A stretch of 63,932 nucleotides of DNA from Octopus bimaculoides (GCF_001194135.2 NC_068994.1:540515-604446), one strand, 5' to 3'; counted from the first letter of the stretch, positions 1-12,528 are shown. Notes: a model not told the origin generated them from the sequence alone. Numbers and translations are program-made.

Positions 1-1274
1 GTTGAGTGAATGAATCCCTTTGACATCCTAATATGCTACAAAACGGGGAGGGGGTGAGTTGGAAGCCCCGGAAATTTCATCCACCCCTAACCCCATTGAT
101 CTTTTCATCAGCACGATTTTCACTAAGGAAAAAAATTTTTTTCAATAAATCTGGGACCTGGGGGGGGGGGTTCCCTTCGTCCCCCCACTTGTTATTCCAA
201 ACCAAAATAAGGGATTTGCAGCATATTAGGAGGTCAGGGTACTTGATTCCACGCAAAACAGGTTGATCCTTCGTGCTGGTCTACTTGTAAACATTAACCT
301 CTATTAGAAGAAGTGTTCCTAACTAAGAATAGAGCGGCGTCCCAGTATAATCCACCTCCTAATAATTCAGGGAATTCTAAGGCACAAATATATATATATA
401 ATATATATATATATTTCATTTCTGGATTTGGTTTGCAAGATTCTTTATGTGAGTTCGTGTGTTAAAACATATTCTGTTGTGTCTGGGGAGAGTCATTGGA
501 AAGACTTCCGCCCCACCCCCTATTTTCTGTAGATACGAATTTTGTAGACCAATATTGTTGAGAAAGAAAAAGAGTCAAGATTAAATGCAAAGTATACATA
601 ATTGAGTTTTTAAATGACTGAAATAACAGGTAATTGAAAATGCAACATTTCATGTGAAACAACCTAATATATATTTATATATATCATATATATGTATTTG
701 TAGATATATATGTTAGAGTATATATGTGTATGTATTACATCGGTTGCAGCTAATTGCATTCCTTTATGTCAAAAGGTCACTTAGACATTCACTTGAGATC
801 AATAAAATAATTGTTCGAGAAATATGGATTAGGTTTCTATGATTGACTAAGTCATCGGATGTGGTACCCCAGCATGGCCACTGTCCAATGACATTAACTA
901 GTGAAATAATATAGAAAAGATATGTGCAGATTTGAAATTGAAGACTGACAACCATTTTGCATAGAACCAGTCTAGGAAATGGAATCAGGTTTTTGGAGTT
1001 TTTTTATCGATATTAAAAATGTTGACTAAAACATTAGATCTGCCCTTATTGTTCATGGAAACCTAACTTGGACCATTCTGTGAGAGTTGTTTGTACTAAC
1101 TATTGAGCCAAAAGAGGCCATCCCATTGATATTTTGATATTCCTTTAAAAAAAAAACAATTAAAATGGCCAGGAAATGATTGGGTTCAATATATAGAAAG
1201 CTTTGCCTGTAGATTCTTGTTTGGTTTTAACTTTTTCTTCAGTTATTCCAACCTCTGGAACCAGTTTGCTTCTT

Positions 1275-1330
<56 letters not shown>

Positions 1331-2261
1331 TCCCTCTCTCTATATCTATCTATCTATTATATGTATTTATACTATATTATGAATCCCTATTTCCAAAACC
1401 TGCTTTGGTAAAACTTGGAAGTTAGAGCCAGCTTTGTAGAATGAATAGTTGACTCTATTCCATAGAAGCAATTCCTTATTTCGTTAGTGTTTATTCATTA
1501 AAAATACTAGTATTGATTAAGAGTTGCATAGATAACATGTGCACATGGAGAGAGATAGACAGACAGACAGATTTAGACCATGTGCATGCAAGTAGATCTA
1601 CATGTACATGTGGATAGGTAGATATACACTTATGTAGAAAAGGCATGAACATCCCAACTTCTGTTTCTCAGCTTCCCATTTTGTAAGTTCAAACATCTTG
1701 TGTATAAGAAAGAAACCCTTCCATGTCTTTCAAGAATTTTCTTTTCCCATTTGTAAAAGGCATATATACATACATGCATGTATATGTGTGCGTGTGTGTG
1801 TCTATTATATATATATATGTGTGTGTATCCATGCAAATTAATGCTTGTCACTTCAAATTATGTTTAACTATATCAGTCTTAATGTGTGTGTGTGTGTACA
1901 AACCGCCCACCCACCCATGCATACACTTTCCTATGATTGATAAGTTGCTTAGTGTCCAGTTGCCATGGTACTCGGTGACCCTGTCTCCCTGCAGCCTCCT
2001 CCCTTTTTAACCTTCATTACTGACCCCTTTCAAGCTAGTCTACCACTTACAAATGACCCCTATATAAGGGCTCCTTTCAGCATTTTTAAATTTGTCTCTC
2101 TATAAGATTGTTTATGTCTTTGGTGGAAGTGGTGGCAGAGGTCGAGGTGGTGGTAGAGGTGGAGGTGGTGGTGGGATTGAAAGAGATGGATGGAATAGGA
2201 GACAGACAGGCAGGCAGCTGGATGGATAAGATAGATAGAGAGACACACATAAATAGAAAGG

Positions 2262-2293
<32 letters not shown>

Positions 2294-2361
2294 AAACTAG
2301 ATATAGGTAGATATGTAGATATATATATAGACAAGCAGATAGATATATATCTGTTACCTTT

Positions 2362-3275
2362 TACTTATTTCATTCATTAGACTGAGGCCAAGCTGGGGCA
2401 CGACCTCGAAGAATCTTAGTTCAACAAATCAATCCTTGTACTTATCTATATATATAAAAATGAGAATGTGTGTCTGTCTGTCTGTCTGTGTGAATCCCTA
2501 AAACTCGAGAACTACGCAACCAATTTCAGTCAAATTTTACACATGCCTTACTTAGGGTTCCAGTTGTGTTTTAGTCAAAAAAAATTATTAACTTCTTGCA
2601 GAGTTCGAGCACACGGCAACATAATATCTCCTCCACTATTTAAGTATTACGTGTCAAAAGTGAAACAAAAACACTCATGTCAAATACTTTCACTTTAAAA
2701 ATGAAACTATTCCACTAACTGAAACAATCACATTTCGATACTGTAGTGACAGATACTTTCACAGAGAGAGAAAGAGAGAAAAAGAGAGACAGAAAGAGAG
2801 AGNNNNNNNNNNNNNNNNNNNNNNNNNNNNNNNNNNNNNNNNNNNNNNNNNNNNNNNNNNNNNNNNNNNNNNNNNNNNNNNNNNNNNNNNNNNNNNNGAC
2901 AACTGTATGTTGGCTGCTCAAGAGTGGGCAGCAACAAAAAACCTATTTGTATATGCTCAACAAGGGAAAACAAGGAACATAGTTTACAATGAGGTGTTAT
3001 AATCACAACAGCAAGAAAGTATGTACATGATCACCTTCTTTTACGAAACTTCATTGACTTTCATATATTTATATTGATATACATATATATACGTGTGTTT
3101 GGGTGCGTGTGTGTATATACATCTCTATATATAAAGATGATGCGTAGTCTAGACGGCGTTTTTAGATTTCATTATTCTCTTTAACCCGGGCAACGCCGGG
3201 TATTTCTGCTAGTTGTCTATAAGCTGGGTCCTTTTTCTTTTAGCTAACCACTAAGTTTTGGACACAAAGACACAC
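2362..3275 (-). mobile_element. Decayed SINE 3' part (2362-2444 + 3213-3275) split by the Helitron
   Basis: Both flanks resemble consecutive parts of the SINE tail seen at 3283-3476 and 9722-9929. Confidence 0.5.
2445..3212 (+). mobile_element. Non-autonomous Helitron-like element (contains a 95-N gap)
   Basis: 5' A|TCTATATATATAAAA at 2444/2445; 3' GC hairpin ACCCGG-gcaacg-CCGGGT (3184-3201) followed by CTAG|T (3209-3213); A|T insertion site and no TSD. Confidence 0.7.
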
Positions 3276-3282
3276 ACACACG

Positions 3283-3476
3283 TTTATTTATTTCAGTCAT
3301 TTGACTGCAGCCATGCTGGAGCACTGCCTTTAGTTAAACAAATCAACCCCCAAGACTTACTCTTTGTTAGCTTAGTATCGGTCTCCTTTGCCAAACTGCT
3401 AAGTTACAGTGGACGTAAACACACCAACATTGGTTGTCAAGTGATGGGAGGCGGGAACAAACACAGACACACAAAT
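3283..3476 (-). mobile_element. SINE family A, 3' half (ends CAGCATGGCCGCAGTCAAATGACTGAAA-like)
   Basis: Reverse complement of 29148-29343; similar to 9722-9929. Confidence 0.8.
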
Positions 3477-3490
3477 ACATGCATACATAA

Positions 3491-3529
<39 letters not shown>

Positions 3530-3714
3530 GATGAATATGGTACTTAAGTTGAGGCACCAGAATTTAGTACGGTATTATCCATACAATTTCAAAGTAAGGT
3601 AGTTAAAATTACCTTACTTTGATTATATATATATATATACATACGATGTGGTAAGTAGCTTGCTTACCACACAGCTAGTCCTGTGCCTATATATAAATAG
3701 AATATATATATGTA

Positions 3715-3900
3715 CATATATGTACATACTTACACACATATATATATGCATATATGGATACAGGACGTCACAAAATGTAAACAACATAAAATACGAAAAT
3801 AACATGAAATACGAAGGCAAACTTGGGTATGCGAAGAAGAGAAGCAAATGGAAAACGACAAGTAACATAAAGAATGACCCTTCATCAGTTGTCGGCTGTT
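3715..3900 (-). repeat. Dispersed repeat shared with 42581-42775 (+); possibly Penelope-LTR-like
   Basis: Both copies share CAGCCGACAACTGATGAAGGGTC..TTTATGTT.CTTGTC..TTTTCCATTTG...TTCGTATTTCATGTT in opposite orientations. Confidence 0.65.
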
Positions 3901-3931
3901 CATCTACTACACATTTTGAGCATACACCATA

Positions 3932-4052
3932 CTTCTTTCAGTTTCCATCTACCAAATCCACTCACAAGGCTTTGGTTGACCTGAGGCTATAGTAGAAGAT
4001 ACTTGCCCAAGGTGCCACTCAGTGGGACTGAGCCCGGAATCATGTGGTTGGT
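3932..4052 (-). mobile_element. SINE family A, 5' half (tRNA-derived head + GGCACCTTGGGCAAG core)
   Basis: Reverse complement of 29352-29504. Confidence 0.8.
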
Positions 4053-4211
4053 AGATAAATAGATTGATAGATATAGATTTATATCTGTCTACATATAATT
4101 GCATCAAAACATATATTAATACATATACCAACATATACATGCACACACACTTGGATTTCTTGTTGTAAGCATACACACAAATACATGCACATATACACAT
4201 ATATGTATGTA

Positions 4212-4248
<37 letters not shown>

Positions 4249-6562
4249 TTACACATATATATGTATACACACACACACATATATATATATATATAAAATG
4301 CACACTGTTTCCTATATATATATTCACTCTAGTTTCTTGCTGCAAACATACACACACACAGATTCAGTTATTTTATACACATTTCTAACTAATTACACAT
4401 GTATGTTGCAATGTAGACATAACGAGACAGATGTACGCCTCTAGCGTTTGGATATATTACGTGCTCTAATGCTCTCTCTCTCTCTCATCTCTATATACAC
4501 ATTGTTCATTTGTACATGTATGCACACACACGCACACACACACACATCCTCTTTCATCACTTTTATATATTATATTCTTTATACATTACTGTTCCATTCC
4601 CTTGCATCCCCCTCTAAGCACACACATGCACGCACACAGTAATTTCACATATGTAATATAGTGAGGTTGGAAAGTGTTGACCAGATGTGTTAAAAATCTA
4701 AAGATAACAAGCAAGGGACACAACTGCAATGAGATCAGCTGAGTGCAATATTCCAGCAATAGAGACCAAGATAGACGGAAAGATTGGATCTGGTTTGGTG
4801 GTTTGTCTCTCCATCCTTCTTACTACACCCAATACACACATGACCACCACTCCTCTACTCTGCTGCTATCATACACTGCTATATTACCAACACTACCACA
4901 ACCAATCTACAGTCATGTCCTCACACCACTGCATGCTTCTATCTCCTCTACACACAGCCCCTCCTAGACCCTATCCTTCCCTCACCCAAACTTCTTCCCT
5001 AAAATAACTCCATAAGCCCTATTTACAAAGAGATAATGGATTTTCTCTCCCACCCAACCCAACCCTACTCTGCCACACCCACTTTTCCAATGAAGTATGG
5101 AAGCCCTTATCAGGCTCACAACATTTATTGCCACAACACTCTTCCATACTTACTACATGTACTGACTTGCATTGCACTAGCAACATGTGTGTGTGTGTAA
5201 TGGTGTGCATTGACATGGATGTGTATGTCTGTACACACACACACACACACAGGTATTTCTTTCTATATGCTTGTGGTCTGTATATGCAGATATACATATG
5301 TGTGCGTGTGTATAGATGCACCAATAGGTAAATATACTTTCATGTCCAAAAGACCCAAGTAAATATTCAAATATTCATATAAACACACAGGTGCGTGTAC
5401 ACACACACACACTTAGCAACATCTCATGAAAATGAAAAGAAAAAAACTTTATTAAATTTTTTGCTTTGTATTTTGTTGGGTGTTACTGTGATGGTGGAAG
5501 AAGTTTAATCAAGACCTGATGGTAGCGACGGTGGGAGTGAAGTTGAAGGTGGAGCAATGTTTGTGTTAGAATAATGAAGATTAGATTTACCAGGCAAATA
5601 TTGGATCACAGGTTGATGGGGGTGGGAGGAGCTGTTGGTCTTTCGTATGTGTATATTGGTTTATATGTGGGTGTGTGTATATGTATATATATATATATAT
5701 ATATATGCATTTACAAAATCTACAAATAAAGGATATATGTGTGTGTGTATATATATATATGTGTGTGTGTGTACGTATATGTGTTCATGTGTGTATATAT
5801 ATGTATCTATGTGTGTGTATGCATATATATGTAATGTATGTGTTTGTACATCAATTTTCCAACACAACTGGAATAAATATTGTAAAAAAAAGAAAGAAGA
5901 GAACGTTTCCATCCCACACCATGTCACGAAAGGAACGAGAGAAAATAGCATAGATTGGGGGGTTTGAAAAGAATGTTGGGTGGGGGTGGGGTACTGTGTT
6001 AGTGTTAGAACCATGTTTCCATGGCAACACAGGTAGGATGGTTTGCCACAGTTTGGACATTTTCATAATGTTCCAATAACAGTTTGTACAAGTGAATGTC
6101 TTCCCTGCTGCAGGTATTAAACTTATGTGGTGCTGGTGGTGGTGTTGGGACCTGTCCTTTGCTTTACACATAGATAACAGTGATCTCCCTTGGCTAGATA
6201 ATGTTGATCACTTTAGAAAGCCCTCTGCCCTTCATCCAAGGCCTTGCTCTTCGAGTTAGTAAACCAGATATTGCTTTAAATTCTATTCTAATCATATTTC
6301 TCTTAAAATACTCTACTTGTGTGCTTCAAGCAATTTGGAAAATTATGGAGAATTTGGAAAGATTCAGTGAAGTAAGTCTTTCATTATTAAGTTGGCGTAT
6401 GGAACATAACAAAAACCACAATTATTCTGAGATGTTCTAATTTTCGTAGAATCATTTCAAATTTAGGGGCTTTGTATGATACTGAGAGAGAATGTCAAGC
6501 TGATATCAGAATCTTCAACCATACTCTCCTCTTCCCCTAAACCAGACCCTAACAATATCATG

Positions 6563-6606
<44 letters not shown>

Positions 6607-6963
6607 AACAGTGAAAATGAGTGCTCAACACCACACTGGTGGATAAATATTCTTTATTTGAAGGTTAACAAGTCTATCCTGTTTTCATTGGAAGAGATTT
6701 TCACAATTTCTCAAGCATGCCGCATGGAAGTGTATTCATTTTCATTTGGGAATAGGAATCCTGTTCACTCTCATGTAATTTCATGTATTCCCCTTCAAAA
6801 TGGAGATGAGTACCAACACTTCCACATGACATGCTTGAACAATTGTGAAGATATTTTCACATAAAACAATTGGTAGCTTTAGGGTATGTATATATATATA
6901 TTTATATTCACAGTTGTGATTAAAATGTTTTTCTCTCTAATCCAGATTACTACATTGACCAGA

Positions 6964-7042
6964 ATGGATCTTCAGAAAAAAATATTCTGGATTCCCTATA
7001 TACTACAGTGGTGCCACCTATTTGCACTGTGCCTTGCCAAAG
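6964..7042 (+). CDS. FGFRL1: FGFRL1 coding exon 1: signal peptide MDLQKKIFWIPYILQWCHLFALCLAK + 1 nt (exon 6946-7042 including 18 nt before the ATG)
   Basis: Acceptor ttttctctctaatccAG (6944-45), strong Kozak agaATGg, hydrophobic core, donor AAAG|GTAAGT (7043). The phase-1 G joins GT at 44279 to give ...CLAK-GPPF, like human ...AAAR-GPPK. Confidence 0.75.
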
Positions 7043-9656
7043 GTAAGTCGCCTTCCTTCCTCTCTTCCTTTTGTTATTCTACACAATGTGAGCAGGGCAT
7101 TGCCCATAGCCATCTAAAAGAAAGTTGACATGAGTGATATTAATGTGTTATATTCTTGGCAATAATATTTGTTAATTCTCCTCAAGTCCCCACTTAACTG
7201 CTGTAAAGTGTTTTGTCACCAACAACAAATATATTTTTGCTGTCCATAAACCATAAAACAGTGAACAGAGATCAGAGATGTTGTGATCTCTGTGAAATAA
7301 CCTGAGGTATTAAGGGATTTAAGGCTTAGACAAGTCTCTCCATTCACTGCCCCCAACACCTACATATTCTGTAATAATGGGATAAACTGAATAGAAAATG
7401 GATTAACACACGACTTTATTATCATTATAATCAGACGTGTGTGTGTGTGTGTGTGCATGTGCATATATATANNNNNNNNNNNNNNNNNNNNNNNNNNNNN
7501 NNNNNNNNNNNNNNNNNNNNNNNNNNNNNNNNNNNNNNNNNNNNNNNNNNNNNNNNNNNNNNNNNNNNNNNNNNNNNNNNNNNNNNNNNNNNNNNNNNNN
7601 NNNNNNNNNNNNNNNNNNNNNNNNNNNNNNNNNNNNNNNNNNNNNNNNNNNNNNNNNNNNNNNNNNNNNNNNNNNNNNNNNNNNNNNNNNNNNNNNNNNN
7701 NNNNNNNNNNNNNNNNNNNNNNNNNNNNNNNNNNNNNNNNNNNNNNNNNNNNNNNNNNNNNNNNNNNNNNNNNNNNNNNNNNNNNNNNNNNNNNNNNNNN
7801 NNNNNNNNNNNNNNNNNNNNNNNNNNNNNNNNNNNNNNNNNNNNNNNNNNNNNNNNNNNNNNNNNNNNNNNNNNNNNNNNNNNNNNNNNNNNNNNNNNNN
7901 NNNNNNNNNNNNNNNNNNNNNNNNNNNNNNTATATATATATATATATATATATATATGGATGGACGTGTGTGTATGTATATGTATATCTATGCATATGCA
8001 AATATATCATATACATGTGAATGTGGATATGCCTATGTATATATGTGTGTGTGTATATATATATCATGTATTCATATATATGAATGTATGTATATATATG
8101 CTTATATATCATATGTGGAATGAAGGCGTTTCCCATTGCTTTCCTATGCCAAAATCCTTGATCAACACAAGATTACAGTAGAAGCCCCTTGACCCCTGCT
8201 GGCATACAATGGAATCAAACCTGGAACCACAGACTTGTTTGTCCAGCCATTCCTGCAAGGCATTGTTACCGTTCTTGAAGAGTTGGCTATAAATCACCTG
8301 AAACCAATAACAGAGAAATAATATTGGAAAACCTGTGAAAAATGAGAACCTGTCTGCAGTTGCATTGTGGGAAGGCTGGCTGGTCGGAAAGGATCCATTA
8401 GTTGTCATTTTAGGAAACAGACGCACTTAACGCTCGTTAACATTTAATGCAACACTTGCAACAACAGTGCACATGGCAACATGACTGTATTGAGTACAGA
8501 CACAGACAGAACTGCTCCACCCAGAAACAGCTGAGGAAGGGGTGGAAGGGGGTGGAAACTGATCAGTAAACCTGGGGGTAACCAACACTGCCCCCACCTA
8601 CCCAGCCAAGCATCTTCAGAACCACACTCTTGTCTGTACTAAAGGTCATCCATTGACCTTTATCACCCCACCACCACCTCCCTCTACACATTTAGCATTT
8701 CCTTTCACCCTGCTTGACCTCTCCTTGCTTTAGTGCATTGTGTCTGAGGTGGTGCTAATGGTGGTGGTGGTGCTGCTGCTGATGGTGGTGGTGGAGGTGG
8801 TGGGTGAAAAACCATGGTGATGATGATGATGAGAAGGATGACAGCAATATTTGTCTTTGTGGAAACAGAAGCATCACCACCATCACCACCACCACCATCG
8901 TCAATTCCATTGTAGGTCTTCATTTGTAAATATCTTATTTCTGAACTACGGTTTCCAAAGCATGTTAAGGCCCTTAGTGTATACCCCCACCACTCTTCTG
9001 TCATGAAGACCCCCCCCACTTAATGTCCCAATCGCCCCCCCCCCAACCTCCTTACACTCTACAACTGGTTATAAACCATTAACAATTAACATCAATTATA
9101 ATTAACTATTAATTTGCTAATTTATTCCACACCTAGTTATAGATGATTAACATCGTTTGTTAAAATTAATGATATTCAATGGAAATTATCAACTTTTTAT
9201 TATCTCTTCAAAGAATAATTTAGTAAATAACTTAATTATGAAGTTTAATTATTTAAAAGTAAGAAAAGAGATGAGAGAATTGTTCAAGAGCGGGACACCA
9301 TCAGCAGGTTTTGTATTTAATTTTCTGTTGCAAATGTAGTTTAAAGGATACCTGAGAGTGAGTGAGAGAGAGAGAGAGAGTATGAGAGATAGAGTGTGTG
9401 TGAAAGAGAGAGAGAGAAAGAGACAAATAGAGAGTATGAGAGAGAAAGAGTGTGTGTGTGAAAGAGAGAGAGAGAGACAAATGGAAAGTGTGAAAGAGAG
9501 AGAGAGAGACAAATAGAGAGTATGAGAGAGAGAGTGTGTGTGAAAGAGAGAGAGAGAGAGACAAGTGTCCACTTGGCAGTTTTTCATCACTTTTACCCTT
9601 TTAACACTTTCTCATTTCTTTTACCCTAATATAAATGGCAAAATGTACAGACACTA

Positions 9657-9715
<59 letters not shown>

Positions 9716-9721
9716 ATATTC

Positions 9722-9929
9722 TTTTACTCATTTATTTGTTTCAGTCATTTGACTGTGGCCATGCTGGAGTACCGCCTTTAGTCAGACAAATCAACCCCAG
9801 AACATGTTCTTTGTAAGCCTAGTACTTATTCTATCGGTCATTTTTGCCAAACTGTTAAGTTACGGGAACGCAGACACACCAACATCAGTTGTCAAGCGAT
9901 GGTGGGGGGACAAACACAGACACACAAAC
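9722..9929 (-). mobile_element. SINE family A, 3' half
   Basis: Similar to 3283-3476 and to the reverse complement of 29148-29343. Confidence 0.8.
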
Positions 9930-9966
9930 TTATACATATATATGTGTGTATAAAGATTGTCATACC

Positions 9967-10006
9967 GGCCATGACGAAGGGAAATAGCCCTGAAACTCGA
10001 GTCGCC
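9967..10006 (+). ncRNA. Minimal type I hammerhead-ribozyme-like motif with one inserted base in the core
   Basis: GGC-C(a)UGACGA-AGGG-aaauag-CCCU-GAAA-CUCGAG-UC-GCC: stem I GGC/GCC, 4-bp stem II, palindromic stem III ACUCGAGU, UC cleavage site. Confidence 0.55.
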
Positions 10007-10323
10007 TTTATATATATATATTTATATTTATATATTTATATATTTGATCCTTTATATTGAACACTCAATATTTCATCTACATTCAATACTTTATTTCATG
10101 GTGCCATCCATTTTTATTTTATTTTATATTATATATTGTATATTATATTATATATTGTATATTCCATATTCTATACCCCACATTAGTTCTGCAGGAATAT
10201 AAATAAAACATAAAAAACAGACAGTGTTGGAACTCTTTTAAGCAAAATAATATATTCCTCTATACACAATCATACAAAAAAATCCACCTTTTTTTGTATT
10301 TATTTTTACTCGCATATATCAAA

Positions 10324-10430
10324 TCAGACTGGAGCCTGGTGTTGCCATCCGGTTTCACCAGTCCTCAGTCAAATCGTCCAACCCATGCTAGCATGGAAAG
10401 CGGACGTTAAACGATGATGATGATGATGAT
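10324..10430 (+). mobile_element. 3' tail of an RTE-type LINE or related SINE, ending in (GAT)n
   Basis: CAACCCATGCTAGCATGGAAAGCGGACGTTAAACGATGATGAT. The same tail ends ORF-bearing RTE copies at 21085-21431 and 56241-56888. Other copies lie near 13335, 16440-16532, 17590, 19405-19555, 48262 and 51766-51922. Confidence 0.8.
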
Positions 10431-10451
10431 ATATATATATATATTTACAAT

Positions 10452-10541
10452 GGGTTTCTTTGAGTTTCTGTCTACCCAATCAACTCTCAAGGCTTTGGTC
10501 AGCCCAAGGCTATAGCAGAAGACACTTGCCCAAGGTGCCAC
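10452..10541 (-). mobile_element. SINE family A, 5'-half fragment
   Basis: GAAGACACTTGCCCAAGGTGCCAC core shared with 3932-4052. Confidence 0.7.
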
Positions 10542-10818
10542 ATATAAAGTTTCAAATGGAAAGAGGTTACTCTTTCACAGGGGTGTATTCTATCCAAACA
10601 TACACCGGTTTAGCTCCATATCGATTAATATACTTGGAATTCATTAATTTGTGTTAGTAGTAGTGTTAACACTTATGAAGTTCCATTTGTCATTATAGAT
10701 GTTTTCATCCATTCAGTATAGGGGAATAAAATTTTAGTAACATAATATAAGGAAAATGGAGAGACTCAACACAGAAAAAAAAAAATCAATTTATTTAGAT
10801 AATAGTCAATTTCATATT

Positions 10819-10903
10819 GCCTACGTACGTTTCAATTTCTTACCTTCATATTTTGCAATTAAGATTGCATTATGTACTTAAAAGGTAAAAATCTCTTCAG
10901 GGC
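10819..10903 (-). ncRNA. Type I hammerhead ribozyme candidate with an intact core
   Basis: Minus strand GCC-CUGAAGA-[GAUUUUUACCUU...AAGGUAAGAAAUU, inner UGCAAU/AUUGCA hairpin]-GAAA-CGUACG-UA-GGC; stem I GCC/GGC; palindromic stem III ACGUACGU; predicted cut between 10822 and 10821. Confidence 0.75.
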
Positions 10904-11009
10904 CAAAATTGACAAATATTCGCTTACATCCTAATGGAAGGAGAGTTGCTTACCAACTGAAATAGAAGCATGTGATTGTGTGTCTGTCTTTTGGATTCCT
11001 GGCGGCAGC

Positions 11010-11172
11010 GGCTTATTCTATAGGTCTCTTTTGCCAACCTGCTAAGTTATCGGGACGTTAACACACCAGCATCAGTGTCAAGTGATGGTAGAGGGATAAC
11101 ACAGACACAGTGGGACTGAACCCAGAACCATGTGATTGGGAGGCAAGCTGCTTACCACACAGCCACTCCTGC
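11010..11172 (-). mobile_element. SINE family A, internally deleted copy (head fused to tail)
   Basis: Head CTTACCACACAGCCACTCCTGC and B-box-like GGGACTGAACCC lie next to the tail motif GCTAAGTTA..GGACGT..ACACACCA. Confidence 0.7.
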
Positions 11173-11258
11173 ACCTATACAGAGAGAGAGAGAGTGTGAT
11201 AGATATAGTTAGATATAGATATTGATGTGTATGTATGTATATATGTATGTGTGTGTGA

Positions 11259-11294
<36 letters not shown>

Positions 11295-11315
11295 ATATAC
11301 ATACATACATGTGTG

Positions 11316-11362
<47 letters not shown>

Positions 11363-12461
11363 NNNNNNNNNNNNNNNNNNNNNNNNNNNNNNNNNNNNNN
11401 NNNNNNNNNNNNNNNNNNNNNNNNNNNNNNNNNNNNNNNNNNNNNNNNNNNNNNNNNNNNNNNNNNNNNNNNNNNNNNNNNNNNNNNNNNNNNNNNNNNN
11501 NNNNNNNNNNNNNNNNNNNNNNNNNNNNNNNNNNNNNNNNNNNNNNNNNNNNNNNNNNNNNNNNNNNNNNNNNNNNNNNNNNNNNNNNNNNNNNNNNNNN
11601 NNNNNNNNNNNNNNNNNNNNNNNNNNNNNNNNNNNNNNNNNNNNNNNNNNNNNNNNNNNNNNNNNNNNNNNNNNNNNNNNNNNNNNNNNNNNNNNNNNNN
11701 NNNNNNNNNNNNNNNNNNNNNNNNNNNNNNNNNNNNNNNNNNNNNNNNNNNNNNNNNNNNNNNNNNNNNNNNNNNNNNNNNNNNNNNNNNNNNNNNNNNN
11801 NNNNNNNNNNNNNNNNNNNNNNNNNNNNNNNNNNNNNNNNNNNNNNNNNNNNNNNNNNNNNNNNNNNNNNNNNNNNNNNCTTTTCAGACTTTAGCTCAGC
11901 AAGATCACTGATCCTAGTAAATGGCTTCTTTTGTTTGGTCTGTTCTATGGCTTCCTGGATGTGGCATACATTGGGGGCGGCCAGAGGAGGCGGAGGTGGA
12001 GGGATACATATATAAGGAGAGAGGGTGATAGCTGTGTGTGTATATACGTATGTGTATGTATGTATGTAGGCTGTGGAATTAGATGGTGTTGGTGCTGATA
12101 TCTGAAAAGAGAGGAAAGAAGTGCTCAATGCTGAGTGTACAGGCAGAGGAGAATGAGAGAGGTGAGGGATATGTGGTGGTGTTTAGTCCCAGGCCAGTCT
12201 TGGTCCAGCAGACCTACAATCAAAGGTGTTCCAGCCATGACCATCTTTATTTTTGCGTATCAAAACCCAACAATGGTGATGGTGGTAGTGGTGGTGGTGT
12301 TTAGACTGAAATGGTGTTAGAGGCTATATGAACAATGGTTATCATTATATACAGGGTTAGAGATTATGAACTGTATTGAAGACAATGGCTTTATGGTATA
12401 TAATGGGGGTGGGGGAGAGTGTATAATATATATACGTGTATATATGTATGTATGTATATAC

Positions 12462-12528
<67 letters not shown>

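Noticed and set aside
1-6945. Promoter or non-coding first exon of FGFRL1
   Set aside because: Several weak donor-like sites (for example near 53 and 5328) but nothing distinguishes them; the region is mostly repeats and the start may lie outside the window.
7255-7312. 9-bp hairpin followed by GAAA, 220 nt after the signal exon
   Set aside because: No CUGANGA upstream (ACAGTGA); insufficient for a ribozyme call.
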